This document shows positions 33,769-43,927 of a stretch of 64,000 nucleotides of DNA, piece after piece. The translations under genes and the position numbers were made by a program. This stretch comes from Gaiellaceae bacterium (GTDB lineage Bacteria; Actinomycetota; Thermoleophilia; Gaiellales; Gaiellaceae). A model generated the notes under the pieces. It ran no database searches. It was given only the letters and a program-made list of their open reading frames with translations, and was not told where the DNA came from. Position 1 is the first letter of the stretch. Each line of letters opens with the position of its first letter. Location of the stretch: positions 11,932 to 75,931 of the forward strand of contig JAWVDC010000071.1 of assembly GCA_033857715.1 (NCBI GenBank), in the 5' to 3' direction.

Positions 33769-33885
33769 GGCGGATTGCAAAGGCGCGCCCAATCCGACGA
33801 TAGGTAAGGCGAGGCGGGAAGGGGCTCAGCCCTCGCGTTTTGCAATCGCGGGGGGTGAGGGATGTGTCCGGCACTTTCGGTTCAC

Positions 33886-34275
33886 AGCGAGAATGCATCG
33901 GTGACGATCTCGTACCGGATCGACGGCGCGCGCGACGTCATCTTCGCGAGGTGGACGGGTCGCGTCGCCGCAGCCGACGTGGGCGACACTGGGAGCGCTA
34001 CCTCGCCGATCCCGAGGGGGCACTGCGGCGGACGCTCGTCGACTTGCGGGGCGCCGAGATCGTCTCCACGGGCTAGGAGTTCGACGAGCTCTCCGCACGA
34101 TCGACGAACCGACGCCGGGCGATCTGTACTGGACGAGGGTGAATCGTCCTCGACGGCCCGGTGAGTTCGGCGTGGCGCGCCCGTACCGCGTGTTCGCCGA
34201 GCGGTACAGCACCGACGCGATTTCGAGAGCGAAGACGACGCCCTCGGTTGGCTGACCGCCGAGCCCGTACGGTAG
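33886..34275 (+). pseudogene. decayed small gene: protein-like segments scattered over all three + frames plus an in-frame TAG
   Basis: The segments are: SVTISYRIDGARDVIFARWTGRVAAADVG; HWERYLADPEGALRRTLVDLRGAEIVSTG*EFDEL; IVLDGPV; EFGVARPYRVFAERYSTDA; DFESEDDALGWLTAEPVR*. Each is coding-like but needs at least 3-4 frame changes to join to the next. Confidence 0.35.
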
Positions 34276-34407
34276 AGCGGCCGCCCGCGGTGGCGCAGGG
34301 CGACGCGACGCCGGAGAACGAGGACGGCACGGCGACCCCGCGGACGAGGGGCCGGGTAGGTCGAGACAGCCGAGCCGCGGACGGCCCCCAGTACCATCGC
34401 CGACGGG

Positions 34408-36197
<1,790 letters not shown>

Positions 36198-36201
<4 letters not shown>

Positions 36202-36377
36202 GCCTCGAGATGCGGAGCGCGTGCGAGCGGTGCGGGCAGGCGCTGGCGCCGGAGGGCTCCGTGGTCATCTGCTCGTACGAGTGCACGTTCTGCGCCGGCT
36301 GTGGGGACGCGCTCGGCTACGTGTGCCCGAACTGTGGCGGCGAGCTCGTGCCGCGGCCGAGGCGGGCCGCATCGTGA
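36198..36377 (+). CDS. small Cys-rich zinc-ribbon protein (DUF1272-like)
   Basis: The GTG at 36198 overlaps the lepA stop (GTGA); an alternative ATG is at 36210. The sequence is [52 protein letters not shown], with 8 Cys. Confidence 0.6.
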
Positions 36378-37534
36378 GCGGCGCCGGCGTAGGTTCGACG
36401 GAGCCGGCCAGGAGCGGAGGCGACGGCTCGGCCGTCGCCGGAGCGGGAAGAGTTCGGCATCTCTACGTCCACCTGCCGTTCTGCGCGCACCGCTGCGGCT
36501 ACTGCGATTTCGTCACCGTCGTGGGGCGTGGGGGGCAGCACGCCGCGTACGTCGATGCGCTGTTCCGTGAGCTCGAGCTCGAAGGCGCATCGCTCGCGCC
36601 GGAGCTCGAGACGGTTTTCGTCGGTGGCGGCACGCCGACCTTCACGGAGCTGCCCGAGCTCTCGCGTCTCCTCGCGGCGCTCCCGGCCGCGGAGGAGGTG
36701 ACGGTCGAGGCGAATCCCGAGACGGTCACGCCGGAGCTCGCCGCGGCGCTGCGCTCGGCGGGCGTGAACCGCGTCTCGCTCGGCGCGCAGACGTTCCAGC
36801 CGGAGCTCCTCCGAGTGCTCGAGCGCATTGCGGGGCCCGCCGACGTCCGGCGCGCCGTGCATCATCTCCGTGATGCCGGATTTGACAACATCTCGCTCGA
36901 TCTCATCTACGGGATCCCGGGTCAGAGCCCCGCCGATCTAGCCGCCGACCTCGACGACGCGCTCGCGCTCGAGCCGGAGCACCTCTCCTGCTACGAGCTC
37001 GAAGCGAAGCCGGGGACGCGCTTCACCCATGCCTGGGGAACCGAGCTGGAACGGCAGGCCGAGGCGCTCGAGGACTACTTCGAGCGCGTCGTCGCCCGCC
37101 TGACCGGCGCCGGCTACCGCTGGTACGAGACGGCCAACTTCTGCCGCACAGACGCGGAGGGGCAGGACCTGCGCGCGCGCCACAACCTTGGCTACTGGCT
37201 CGGCCACGACTACCTCGGGCTCGGGATGGGCGCGGTCACGACAATCAGAGAACGGCGCTGGCGGAACACGCCGAAGCTCGCGCGGTACCTCGCCGGCCGC
37301 TACGACCGCGAGGTCGAGCTCTTGGACGAGGAGACGAAAGCGCGCGAACGCGTGATGCTCGGTCTGCGCCTCGACGAGCCCCTCGCGGTTGGCGGGCTGC
37401 GCGCGACGCTCGATCCGGCCGGCCTCGCGCGTGCCGAGCGCCTCGGCCTTGCCGTCGAGACGGAGGGCACGTTGACGCTCACACGGCGCGGACGCTTCCT
37501 CGGCGGCGGCGTCACGGCCGAGATACTGGCCTAG
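36374..37534 (+). CDS. hemW: radical SAM heme chaperone HemW / oxygen-independent coproporphyrinogen oxidase-like
   Basis: The GTG at 36374 overlaps the upstream stop. The motif is LYVHLPFCAHRCGYCDF (CxxxCxxC). The layout is HemN-like. Confidence 0.85.
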   Translation: MSGAGVGSTEPARSGGDGSAVAGAGRVRHLYVHLPFCAHRCGYCDFVTVVGRGGQHAAYVDALFRELELEGASLAPELETVFVGGGTPTFTELPELSRLLAALPAAEEVTVEANPETVTPELAAALRSAGVNRVSLGAQTFQPELLRVLERIAGPADVRRAVHHLRDAGFDNISLDLIYGIPGQSPADLAADLDDALALEPEHLSCYELEAKPGTRFTHAWGTELERQAEALEDYFERVVARLTGAGYRWYETANFCRTDAEGQDLRARHNLGYWLGHDYLGLGMGAVTTIRERRWRNTPKLARYLAGRYDREVELLDEETKARERVMLGLRLDEPLAVGGLRATLDPAGLARAERLGLAVETEGTLTLTRRGRFLGGGVTAEILA

Positions 37535-37557
37535 GCGACGGCTAAAATCTCCTGCAA

Positions 37558-38595
37558 ATGCCGGAAACGATGCAGCTGAGCGAGCGCCAAGGAGCAATTC
37601 TCCGGCGCGTCGTCGAGGAGTTCGTCTCGACGAAGCAGCCCGTCGGGTCGAAGGCTCTCGTCGAGCGCTCCGACCTGCGCGTGTCGCCGTCGACGGTGCG
37701 TGCCGAGCTCGCGGAGCTCGAGACACTCGGCCTGCTCACGCATCCGCACACGTCCGCCGGCCGTGTGCCGACCGAGGCCGGTTACCGCTACTACGCCGAC
37801 GAGCTGCTCGGGCATCTCGAGCCGCAACCGCCTGCATTCCCGCTCGATCTCACGACGACGAACACCGAGGTCGAGTCGGCACTGCAGGCGACGACGGAGA
37901 TGCTCTCGCAGGTGACGCGCCTCCTCGCGCTCGTCTCTGCGCCGCCGCTCGAGGTGACGCACATCCGCCATGTCGAGGTACTGCTCCTGCAGCCGCAGCT
38001 CGTCATGGTCGTCGTGATCACGTCCGCGGGAGGCGTCTCAAAGCGGCTCTTCCACTTCGACGAGCCGGTCGATCAGGGTCTCGCCGTGTGGGCCGGCGAC
38101 TACCTCAACGAGGCCGTCTCGGGTCTCCAGCTCGGGACGGGCCTGCTTGCGCGCCGGTTCGACGACCCGAGCCTGTCGCCGCGCGAGCACGCCTTCCTCG
38201 ACACCTTGCGTCCCGCGTTCACCGAGCTCGTCTCGGCCGAGCAGCGCCTCTACGTCGGCGGCGCCGCCGACTTGCTCGGCGAGGTTCGCGCCGAGGAGCT
38301 CGACGCGTACCGCAGTCTCTTCGAGCTCGTCGAGCGGCGGAACGACATGCTCGACGTGATCGGCCGGCCAAGCGCGTCCCAACGTCCGTTCGTCCGCCTC
38401 GGTCACGAGCTCGCGCATCCGGGTCTCGCGGAGGTCGCGCTCGTCGGGGCGTGTTACGGCCTCGTCCATCGGGCGCTCGGCGCCGTCAGCCTCGTCGGGC
38501 CGGTACGGATGGACTACGAGAAGGCGCTCGGGGCGGTGCGTTCCGCCGCGGTCGAGCTCTCCCGCTTCGTCGAGTCGATCTACGACGAAGCCTGA
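37558..38595 (+). CDS. hrcA: heat-inducible transcription repressor HrcA
   Basis: Track ORF of 345 aa, starting LSERQGAILRRVVEEFVSTKQPVGSKAL. Confidence 0.9.
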   Translation: MPETMQLSERQGAILRRVVEEFVSTKQPVGSKALVERSDLRVSPSTVRAELAELETLGLLTHPHTSAGRVPTEAGYRYYADELLGHLEPQPPAFPLDLTTTNTEVESALQATTEMLSQVTRLLALVSAPPLEVTHIRHVEVLLLQPQLVMVVVITSAGGVSKRLFHFDEPVDQGLAVWAGDYLNEAVSGLQLGTGLLARRFDDPSLSPREHAFLDTLRPAFTELVSAEQRLYVGGAADLLGEVRAEELDAYRSLFELVERRNDMLDVIGRPSASQRPFVRLGHELAHPGLAEVALVGACYGLVHRALGAVSLVGPVRMDYEKALGAVRSAAVELSRFVESIYDEA

Positions 38596-39710
38596 TGGCG
38601 ACGACCGATCGCGACTATTACGCGCTCCTCGGCGTCTCGCGCACCGCCGACGAAGCCCAGATCAAGCAGGCGTTCCGCGGACTTGCGCGCGAGCTCCATC
38701 CCGACGTCTCCGACGCGCCCGACGCGGAGGAGCGGTTCAAGGAGGTCGTCGAGGCGTACGAGGTGCTCTCGAAGAGCGAGACCCGCGCGCTGTACGACCG
38801 CTACGGCCACGCGGGGCTTCGTAGCGGCGGCTTTCAGCCGGGGCACGTCGACTTCGGAAGCCTCGCCGATCTCTTCTCCGCGTTCTTCGGGGACGACGTC
38901 CTCTTCGGCGGCCGGCCGCGGCGCGGGCGGGGAGCCGACCTCGCCGCCGCGGTGGAGATCGATCTCGTCGAGGCGGCGCACGGCGTCTCGCGTGATGTCC
39001 CGTTCGAGGTCGCCGTTCTCTGCGGTCATTGCGGCGGCAATGGTGCGGAGCCGGGCACCGAGCTCACGACGTGCCCGTCGTGCAACGGCGCCGGGCGGCT
39101 CCAGCAGGTGACGCGGAGCGTCTTCGGCGAGTTCGTCCGCACCCAGACGTGCCCCGACTGCGGCGGCTCGGGCCAGCGGATCGAGACGCCGTGCCACGAA
39201 TGCCGAGGCGGGGGCCGCGTAGTCGAGGAGCGGACGCTGAAGGTCGAGATCCCGGCCGGGATCCACGACGGTCAGCGGATCCGCCTCGGCGGGGAGGGTC
39301 ACGCCGGCGTGCTCGGCGAGGTCGCCGGCGACGCGTACCTCGAGGTGCGTGTCCGGTCCGACGAGCGGTTCGTCCGCGAGGGAAACGACGTCTACACGAC
39401 GGTCGGCGTCACGATCACGCAAGCCGCGCTCGGCGCGACGATCCCGATCCCGACGCTCGACGGCGAGGAGGAGTTCGAGCTCGAGCCCGGCACGCAGCCG
39501 GGGGAGATCATCGTCCTCCGCGGCCGCGGCATGCCTGTGCTGCAGGGACTCGGGCGCGGCGACGAGCGGATCCTCGTCAACGTCCTCGTGCCGCGGCAGC
39601 TCAACGACGAGCAGCGCCGGTTCCTCCGCGAGTTCGAGGAGCACGCCGACGAGCGGACGTACGACAAGCCCGACGGCTTCTTCGACAAGCTCAAGAGCGC
39701 GTTCCGCTGA
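38595..39710 (+). CDS. dnaJ: chaperone DnaJ
   Basis: Start re-picked at MATTDRDYYALLGVSR (J domain, HPD motif LHPDVS). Four CxxCxGxG zinc motifs follow. A TGATG overlap joins it to hrcA. Confidence 0.9.
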   Translation: MATTDRDYYALLGVSRTADEAQIKQAFRGLARELHPDVSDAPDAEERFKEVVEAYEVLSKSETRALYDRYGHAGLRSGGFQPGHVDFGSLADLFSAFFGDDVLFGGRPRRGRGADLAAAVEIDLVEAAHGVSRDVPFEVAVLCGHCGGNGAEPGTELTTCPSCNGAGRLQQVTRSVFGEFVRTQTCPDCGGSGQRIETPCHECRGGGRVVEERTLKVEIPAGIHDGQRIRLGGEGHAGVLGEVAGDAYLEVRVRSDERFVREGNDVYTTVGVTITQAALGATIPIPTLDGEEEFELEPGTQPGEIIVLRGRGMPVLQGLGRGDERILVNVLVPRQLNDEQRRFLREFEEHADERTYDKPDGFFDKLKSAFR

Positions 39711-40402
39711 AGCGGTACGTCATCGTCGGCGGCGAGCCCGAGCTCGCCCTGCTCCTCCACATCTTCCCCGAGGGCGTCGAGGAGCTCGACGGCGCATTCG
39801 CCGTGTATGCGGACGAGCCACCGATCGGCTTCGACGTCGTCGAGGTAGAGGACGTCCGTCAGGGGTGGGAGGACGAGTGGCGCGCGTTCCACCACGGCGT
39901 CACCGTGGGCCGGCTGTGGGTCGGGCCGCCGTGGGAGGAGGCACCCGCAGGGACGATTCCGGTCGTCGTCGACCCGGGTCGCGCCTTCGGCACCGGCGCC
40001 CATGCGACGACGCGGCTCTGTCTCGAGCTGCTGCAGGAGGCCGAGCCGACGAGCCTCGTCGACGTCGGCTGCGGCTCCGGCGTTCTCTCGATCGCCGCGG
40101 CGAAGCTCGGCTTCGCGCCCGTCGCCGCGCTCGACCTCGACGAGGTTGCGGTCGAGGTCACGGCTGAGAACGCGGTCGCGAACGGAGTGGAGATCGAGCT
40201 TGTGGGCACGCCGCCCCCGGCCGACCTCGCGGTAATGAACATCGCGCTCGATGTCGTCGAGGGGTTCCTCCCGACGCTCGAGGTTCCTCGCGCGATCACG
40301 TCCGGCTACCTCGAGCGGGACACTCCGAGCGCGGACCTCTGGACCTCGGTCGAGCGGCGCGTCCGCGACGGCTGGGCGGCGGATCTGCTCATCCGCAGGT
40401 AA
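39707..40402 (+). CDS. prmA: ribosomal protein L11 methyltransferase-like (PrmA); start codon unresolved
   Basis: Contains the block DPGRAFGTGAHATTRLCLELL and the SAM motif VDVGCGSGVLSIAAAKLG. No ATG/GTG/TTG lies near the N-terminal homology; the only candidate at the gene junction is CTG 39707 (CTGA overlap with the dnaJ stop). Confidence 0.65.
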   Translation: MKRYVIVGGEPELALLLHIFPEGVEELDGAFAVYADEPPIGFDVVEVEDVRQGWEDEWRAFHHGVTVGRLWVGPPWEEAPAGTIPVVVDPGRAFGTGAHATTRLCLELLQEAEPTSLVDVGCGSGVLSIAAAKLGFAPVAALDLDEVAVEVTAENAVANGVEIELVGTPPPADLAVMNIALDVVEGFLPTLEVPRAITSGYLERDTPSADLWTSVERRVRDGWAADLLIRR

Positions 40403-40645
40403 CCCCGCGTAGAACCGTGCGCGCCACGCGGTCAAGTACGGGCACATTCGCGACAGAACGTTCAATGCGCTGTTGCGACTCGCCTGGTAGGACATGCGAC
40501 AGCCCCTGCGGCCCAGCACAGCACAGCGCAGCCCCTGGGAGGGTGGGGGTTTGGGATGGGACCAACGGAGTGCGCCGACTCCCCAGGCCGCGAACGCCGA
40601 ACTGTTTGCCTCAGGCGCGCAGGCGAACGCTCTACGATCCCGCCG

Positions 40646-41845
40646 ATGGCGAGCTTCTCGGTCAGGTTCCTCGGCTGCAAGGTTTCCCACGTCGACGCCC
40701 ACGCGGTGCGCGAGCGGCTGCTCGCGGACGGCCACTCAGAACGCGAGCTCGGGGCCGACGTCGCGGTGGTCAACACGTGCTGCGTGACGAACGAGGCCGT
40801 CGCGAAATCGCGCAAGGAAGCCGCCCGCGCGGCGCGCACGCACCGTCGCGTCTACGTCACCGGCTGCGGCGCGAACCTTGCCGGTGAGGCGTTCGCCGGT
40901 CTCCCGGAGAACGTCGTCGTCGTTGCGGAGAGAAGCGAGCTGACGCCGGACGCGGTCGCGGGCGACGTCGGCGCGATCGGCTGCGTCCAGGCCGAGGCCC
41001 GGCTCGATCGCGTGCGCGCGTTCGTCAAGGTGCAGGACGGCTGCTCCTTCTCGTGCCGCTTCTGCGTCATCCCGCTCGTGCGCGGCGCCTCCCGCAGTCG
41101 CGCCGCCGACGCCGTGCTCGGCGAGATCCGCCGCCGTGTCGCGCAGGGGCACCGGGAGATCGTCCTCACCGGGATCAACCTCGGCTGCTACCGCGACCGC
41201 GGGGCGGGCTACGACCTGCCGCGGCTCGTGCGCGAGGCGGGGGAGACGCCCGGGCTGCAGCGGCTGCGGCTCTCCTCGATCGAGATCAACCACGTGAACG
41301 ACGACCTCATCGCCGCCCTGCGCGAGACGCCGACCGCGAGTCGCCACCTCCACGTGCCGCTGCAGTCGGGGGATGACGGTGTCCTCCGCGACATGGGCCG
41401 CCGCTACTCCGTCGCGACGTACCTTCGTCGCCTCGAGCCGCTGCGGGGCGAGTTCAACCTCACGAGCGACGTCATCGTCGGCTTCCCGACTGAGGACGAG
41501 CGCGCGTTCGAGCAGACGCTCCGTACGATCGCCGACGCCGGGCTGACGAAGGTGCACGTCTTCCCATACTCGCCGCGGCCCGGCACCGTCACGGCCGGCG
41601 ACGACGCCGTCCCTCCGAGCGTGAAGAAGGAGCGCGGCGCGCGTCTCCGCACCGCCTCGCACGACGCGTGCCTTGCGCACTGGCGCTCGAAGCTCGGCAC
41701 GGAGGACTCTGTGCTCGTCGATCGCCCGGGACGCGGGTACGGCGACGACTACTCGCCGTGGCTCGTGCCCGAATCGGCGCCGGTCGGGGAGCTTGTCCGC
41801 GTCCGCGCCGCCGGTGTTTCCGACGAGGGAGTGCTCGCCGCGTGA
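40646..41845 (+). CDS. mtaB: MiaB-like radical SAM tRNA methylthiotransferase (MtaB/YqeV type)
   Basis: Start re-picked at MASFSVRFLGCKV. The radical SAM motif is CSFSCRFCVIP, with VVNTCCVT in the N-terminal domain. Confidence 0.8.
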   Translation: MASFSVRFLGCKVSHVDAHAVRERLLADGHSERELGADVAVVNTCCVTNEAVAKSRKEAARAARTHRRVYVTGCGANLAGEAFAGLPENVVVVAERSELTPDAVAGDVGAIGCVQAEARLDRVRAFVKVQDGCSFSCRFCVIPLVRGASRSRAADAVLGEIRRRVAQGHREIVLTGINLGCYRDRGAGYDLPRLVREAGETPGLQRLRLSSIEINHVNDDLIAALRETPTASRHLHVPLQSGDDGVLRDMGRRYSVATYLRRLEPLRGEFNLTSDVIVGFPTEDERAFEQTLRTIADAGLTKVHVFPYSPRPGTVTAGDDAVPPSVKKERGARLRTASHDACLAHWRSKLGTEDSVLVDRPGRGYGDDYSPWLVPESAPVGELVRVRAAGVSDEGVLAA

Positions 41846-42222
41846 CCGAGCGTAGGCTCGACGGAGCTCGGCCAAGAGCGGAGGTGTCGGCTTCGCCGTC
41901 GCCGGAGCGGAAATCCGACTGTCTCTTCTGCACGCTCTACCGCGATGGCGACCGCGTCGCGGCCGCCGACGGCTTCGTCGCCATCCGCGACATCGACCCG
42001 CAAGCGCCCGTTCACCTGCTCGTGCTGCCCGAGCGGCACATCGACTCGTTCCGCGACATTGCCGCGTTCACGCCCGACGAGGCGAAGCGAATGCTCGAGT
42101 TCGTCGCCGAGGTCGCTGCGGGCGAGGGCCTGAAGGACTACCGTGTCGTCGTCAACGTCGGACCGAGCGCCGGTCAGACGGTCTTCCATCTTCATTGGCA
42201 CGTCATGGGCGGTTGGGCATGA
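41842..42222 (+). CDS. HIT-family (histidine triad) protein
   Basis: The GTG at 41842 overlaps the mtaB stop. Contains CLFC..., PVHLLVLPERH and the triad HLHWHVMGG. Confidence 0.8.
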   Translation: MTERRLDGARPRAEVSASPSPERKSDCLFCTLYRDGDRVAAADGFVAIRDIDPQAPVHLLVLPERHIDSFRDIAAFTPDEAKRMLEFVAEVAAGEGLKDYRVVVNVGPSAGQTVFHLHWHVMGGWA

Positions 42223-42662
42223 GCTTGATCGAGGAAATCGACGACGAAATCAAGGACGCCATGAAGGCGCGCGACGCCGACCGCCGCGACGCTCTGCGCC
42301 TCATCGCCGACGCCCTCCAGAAGTCCGAGAAGGAACTGCAACGGCCGCTCTCGGAGGACGAGGAGCTGCAGGTGCTGCAGCGCGAGCGGAAGAAGCGGCT
42401 GGAGGCGGCGGAGGCATACCGCGCAGGCGGCCGCGACGAGCAGGCCGAGGCCGAGGAGCGCGAGCTCGAGATCCTCGAGGAGTTCATGCCGGAGCCGCTC
42501 TCGGAGGACGAGATCGAGGAAATCGTCGACGACGTCATCGCCGAGGTCGGCGCCACGTCGATGGCCGACCTAGGCCGCGTAATGGCCGACGTCATGCCCC
42601 AGATCGCCGGCCGCGCGGATGGTTCGCAAGTTAGCCAGATCGTCCGCGAAAAACTCGCCTAG
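42219..42662 (+). CDS. GatB/YqeY-domain protein
   Basis: The ATG at 42219 overlaps the HIT stop (ATGA). The sequence runs MSLIEEIDDEIKDAMKARD...LSEDEIEEIVDDVIAEVGA. Confidence 0.8.
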   Translation: MSLIEEIDDEIKDAMKARDADRRDALRLIADALQKSEKELQRPLSEDEELQVLQRERKKRLEAAEAYRAGGRDEQAEAEERELEILEEFMPEPLSEDEIEEIVDDVIAEVGATSMADLGRVMADVMPQIAGRADGSQVSQIVREKLA

Positions 42663-42667
42663 CTCCC

Positions 42668-42704
42668 TAGCTCGCGAGTGCCGCGCAGTCCGCACCGCGA
42701 GCTA
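42668..42704. terminator. bidirectional hairpin between convergent yqeY-like and NlpC/P60 genes
   Basis: TAGCTCGCG (42668-42676) pairs perfectly with CGCGAGCTA (42696-42704). An inner GTGC/GCAC pair extends the stem. There is no U-run. Confidence 0.45.
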
Positions 42705-43805
42705 CTAAGGGACGCGACGCGCGCCGTCGATCGGGCCGAAGCCGTAGATGCTCTCGATGCGGACGACGGCTCCGGTGTGCGGTGCGTCGACCATTTGCCC
42801 GCCTCCGATGTAGATCCCGACGTGTCCGACGCCGTCGAAGAAGACGAGGTCGCCCGGCTGCAGCTGCGACATCGAGATGGGCTGTGTCGCAGCCCACTGC
42901 GAGCCCGTGTAGTGCGGGAGGTAGATGCCGAGCTGCGCGTAGACGTACATCACGAGGCCGGAGCAGTCGAAGCCGCTCGGGCTGGCTCCGCCCCAGACGT
43001 ACGGGACGCCGAGGTAGTGGAGGCCGATCGACGCGGCCTCGGGGTGTCCAGCACCGGTGCTGACGATCGGCGGGATCGGCGGGGGGAAGTTGTTCTGCTG
43101 TTGCTGCTCCCTCGCCTGCTCGGCCTCGCGCTCCCTCTCCGCCTGGATCTCGCGGAGCCGTGCCAACGCTGCCTGCCTCTTCCGCTCCTCGCGCCGGGCC
43201 TCCTCCACCTGGAGCTGGTGGATCGACGAGTGGATCGACTCGAGCAGTTGCTTTTGCCGCGCAAGCGTGGACTGAATCTGCTGCTTCTTCGCGGCGAGGC
43301 TGAGGACCGCCTTCGCCCGCTTGGCACGAAGCTCCTTCAAGCTGTCCTCGCGCTGCTGGACGGCTTCCTGGAAGTGGAGCGCCTCGCGGCCGAGCGCGGC
43401 GTCCTGCCGCGACATCGCCTGCGCGGCCTCGGCGCGGTCGATCACCTGCGAGAGGCTTTTCGCGCCGGCGAGGACGTCGAGCGTCGTGGGATTGCCGTTG
43501 ACGTAGAGCGAGTAGATCCGCGCCATGATCCGCTTCTGCGCCGCGTGGAAGTTCGCGCGCGCGATGCGGAGCTTGTGCGTGTTGCTCGCGAGGCTTGCCT
43601 TGACCTGCTGGAGCTCGACGCGAGCGCCGTCATAGGCCTGGATCGTCGACTCGAGGTCCTTGCCGATCCGCTCGACTTCCGCCTTCACGGCGCGGGCGTG
43701 TTGCTCTGCCGCCTGGATCTGCGGCGTCGTCTTGGCGCCCGCACTGCCCGCGACGAGCGTGGCTAGGGCGAGAGCACCGGCGATGAGGAGACCGAGGCGA
43801 CGCAT
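42705..43805 (-). CDS. secreted coiled-coil NlpC/P60 (C40) peptidoglycan endopeptidase (RipA-like layout)
   Basis: Track ORF of 366 aa with a signal peptide and a long heptad-like Q/E/R/A-rich region. The C-terminal catalytic block is YVWGGASPSGFDCSGLV...GHVGIYIG. Confidence 0.85.
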   Translation of the reverse strand: MRRLGLLIAGALALATLVAGSAGAKTTPQIQAAEQHARAVKAEVERIGKDLESTIQAYDGARVELQQVKASLASNTHKLRIARANFHAAQKRIMARIYSLYVNGNPTTLDVLAGAKSLSQVIDRAEAAQAMSRQDAALGREALHFQEAVQQREDSLKELRAKRAKAVLSLAAKKQQIQSTLARQKQLLESIHSSIHQLQVEEARREERKRQAALARLREIQAEREREAEQAREQQQQNNFPPPIPPIVSTGAGHPEAASIGLHYLGVPYVWGGASPSGFDCSGLVMYVYAQLGIYLPHYTGSQWAATQPISMSQLQPGDLVFFDGVGHVGIYIGGGQMVDAPHTGAVVRIESIYGFGPIDGARRVP

Positions 43806-43927
43806 GGGAAAGGCGGTACAAAGAACGACCCGGAGCCCGAAACGCTAGCGGACGTGGCGGCTGAAGCCAACTTCGCGGCACTTGCGACGAGTCCTGCGGA
43901 GGCCGCCTGCGGCCCTACACTGGGCTT

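Noticed and set aside
37535-37557. CIRCE operator (TTAGCACTC-N9-GAGTGCTAA) upstream of hrcA-dnaJ.
   Set aside because: The spacer is only 23 nt and no CIRCE-like inverted repeat is present. hrcA is probably co-transcribed with lepA-hemW.
40403-40645. Remnant rsmE coding sequence or a 6S-like RNA in the prmA-mtaB gap.
   Set aside because: None of the six frames gives RsmE-like peptides. The long-range complementarity I could trace by eye is imperfect (about 10 of 14 matches). It is kept only as a low-interest finding.
43806-43927. ydaO-type (c-di-AMP) riboswitch upstream of the NlpC/P60 hydrolase gene, as is common for actinobacterial cell-wall hydrolases.
   Set aside because: The 122-nt leader is too short. 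I could not find the conserved ydaO blocks that I remember (GGGGTGAATC/ACGGGGA-type). Only generic GC hairpins are present.
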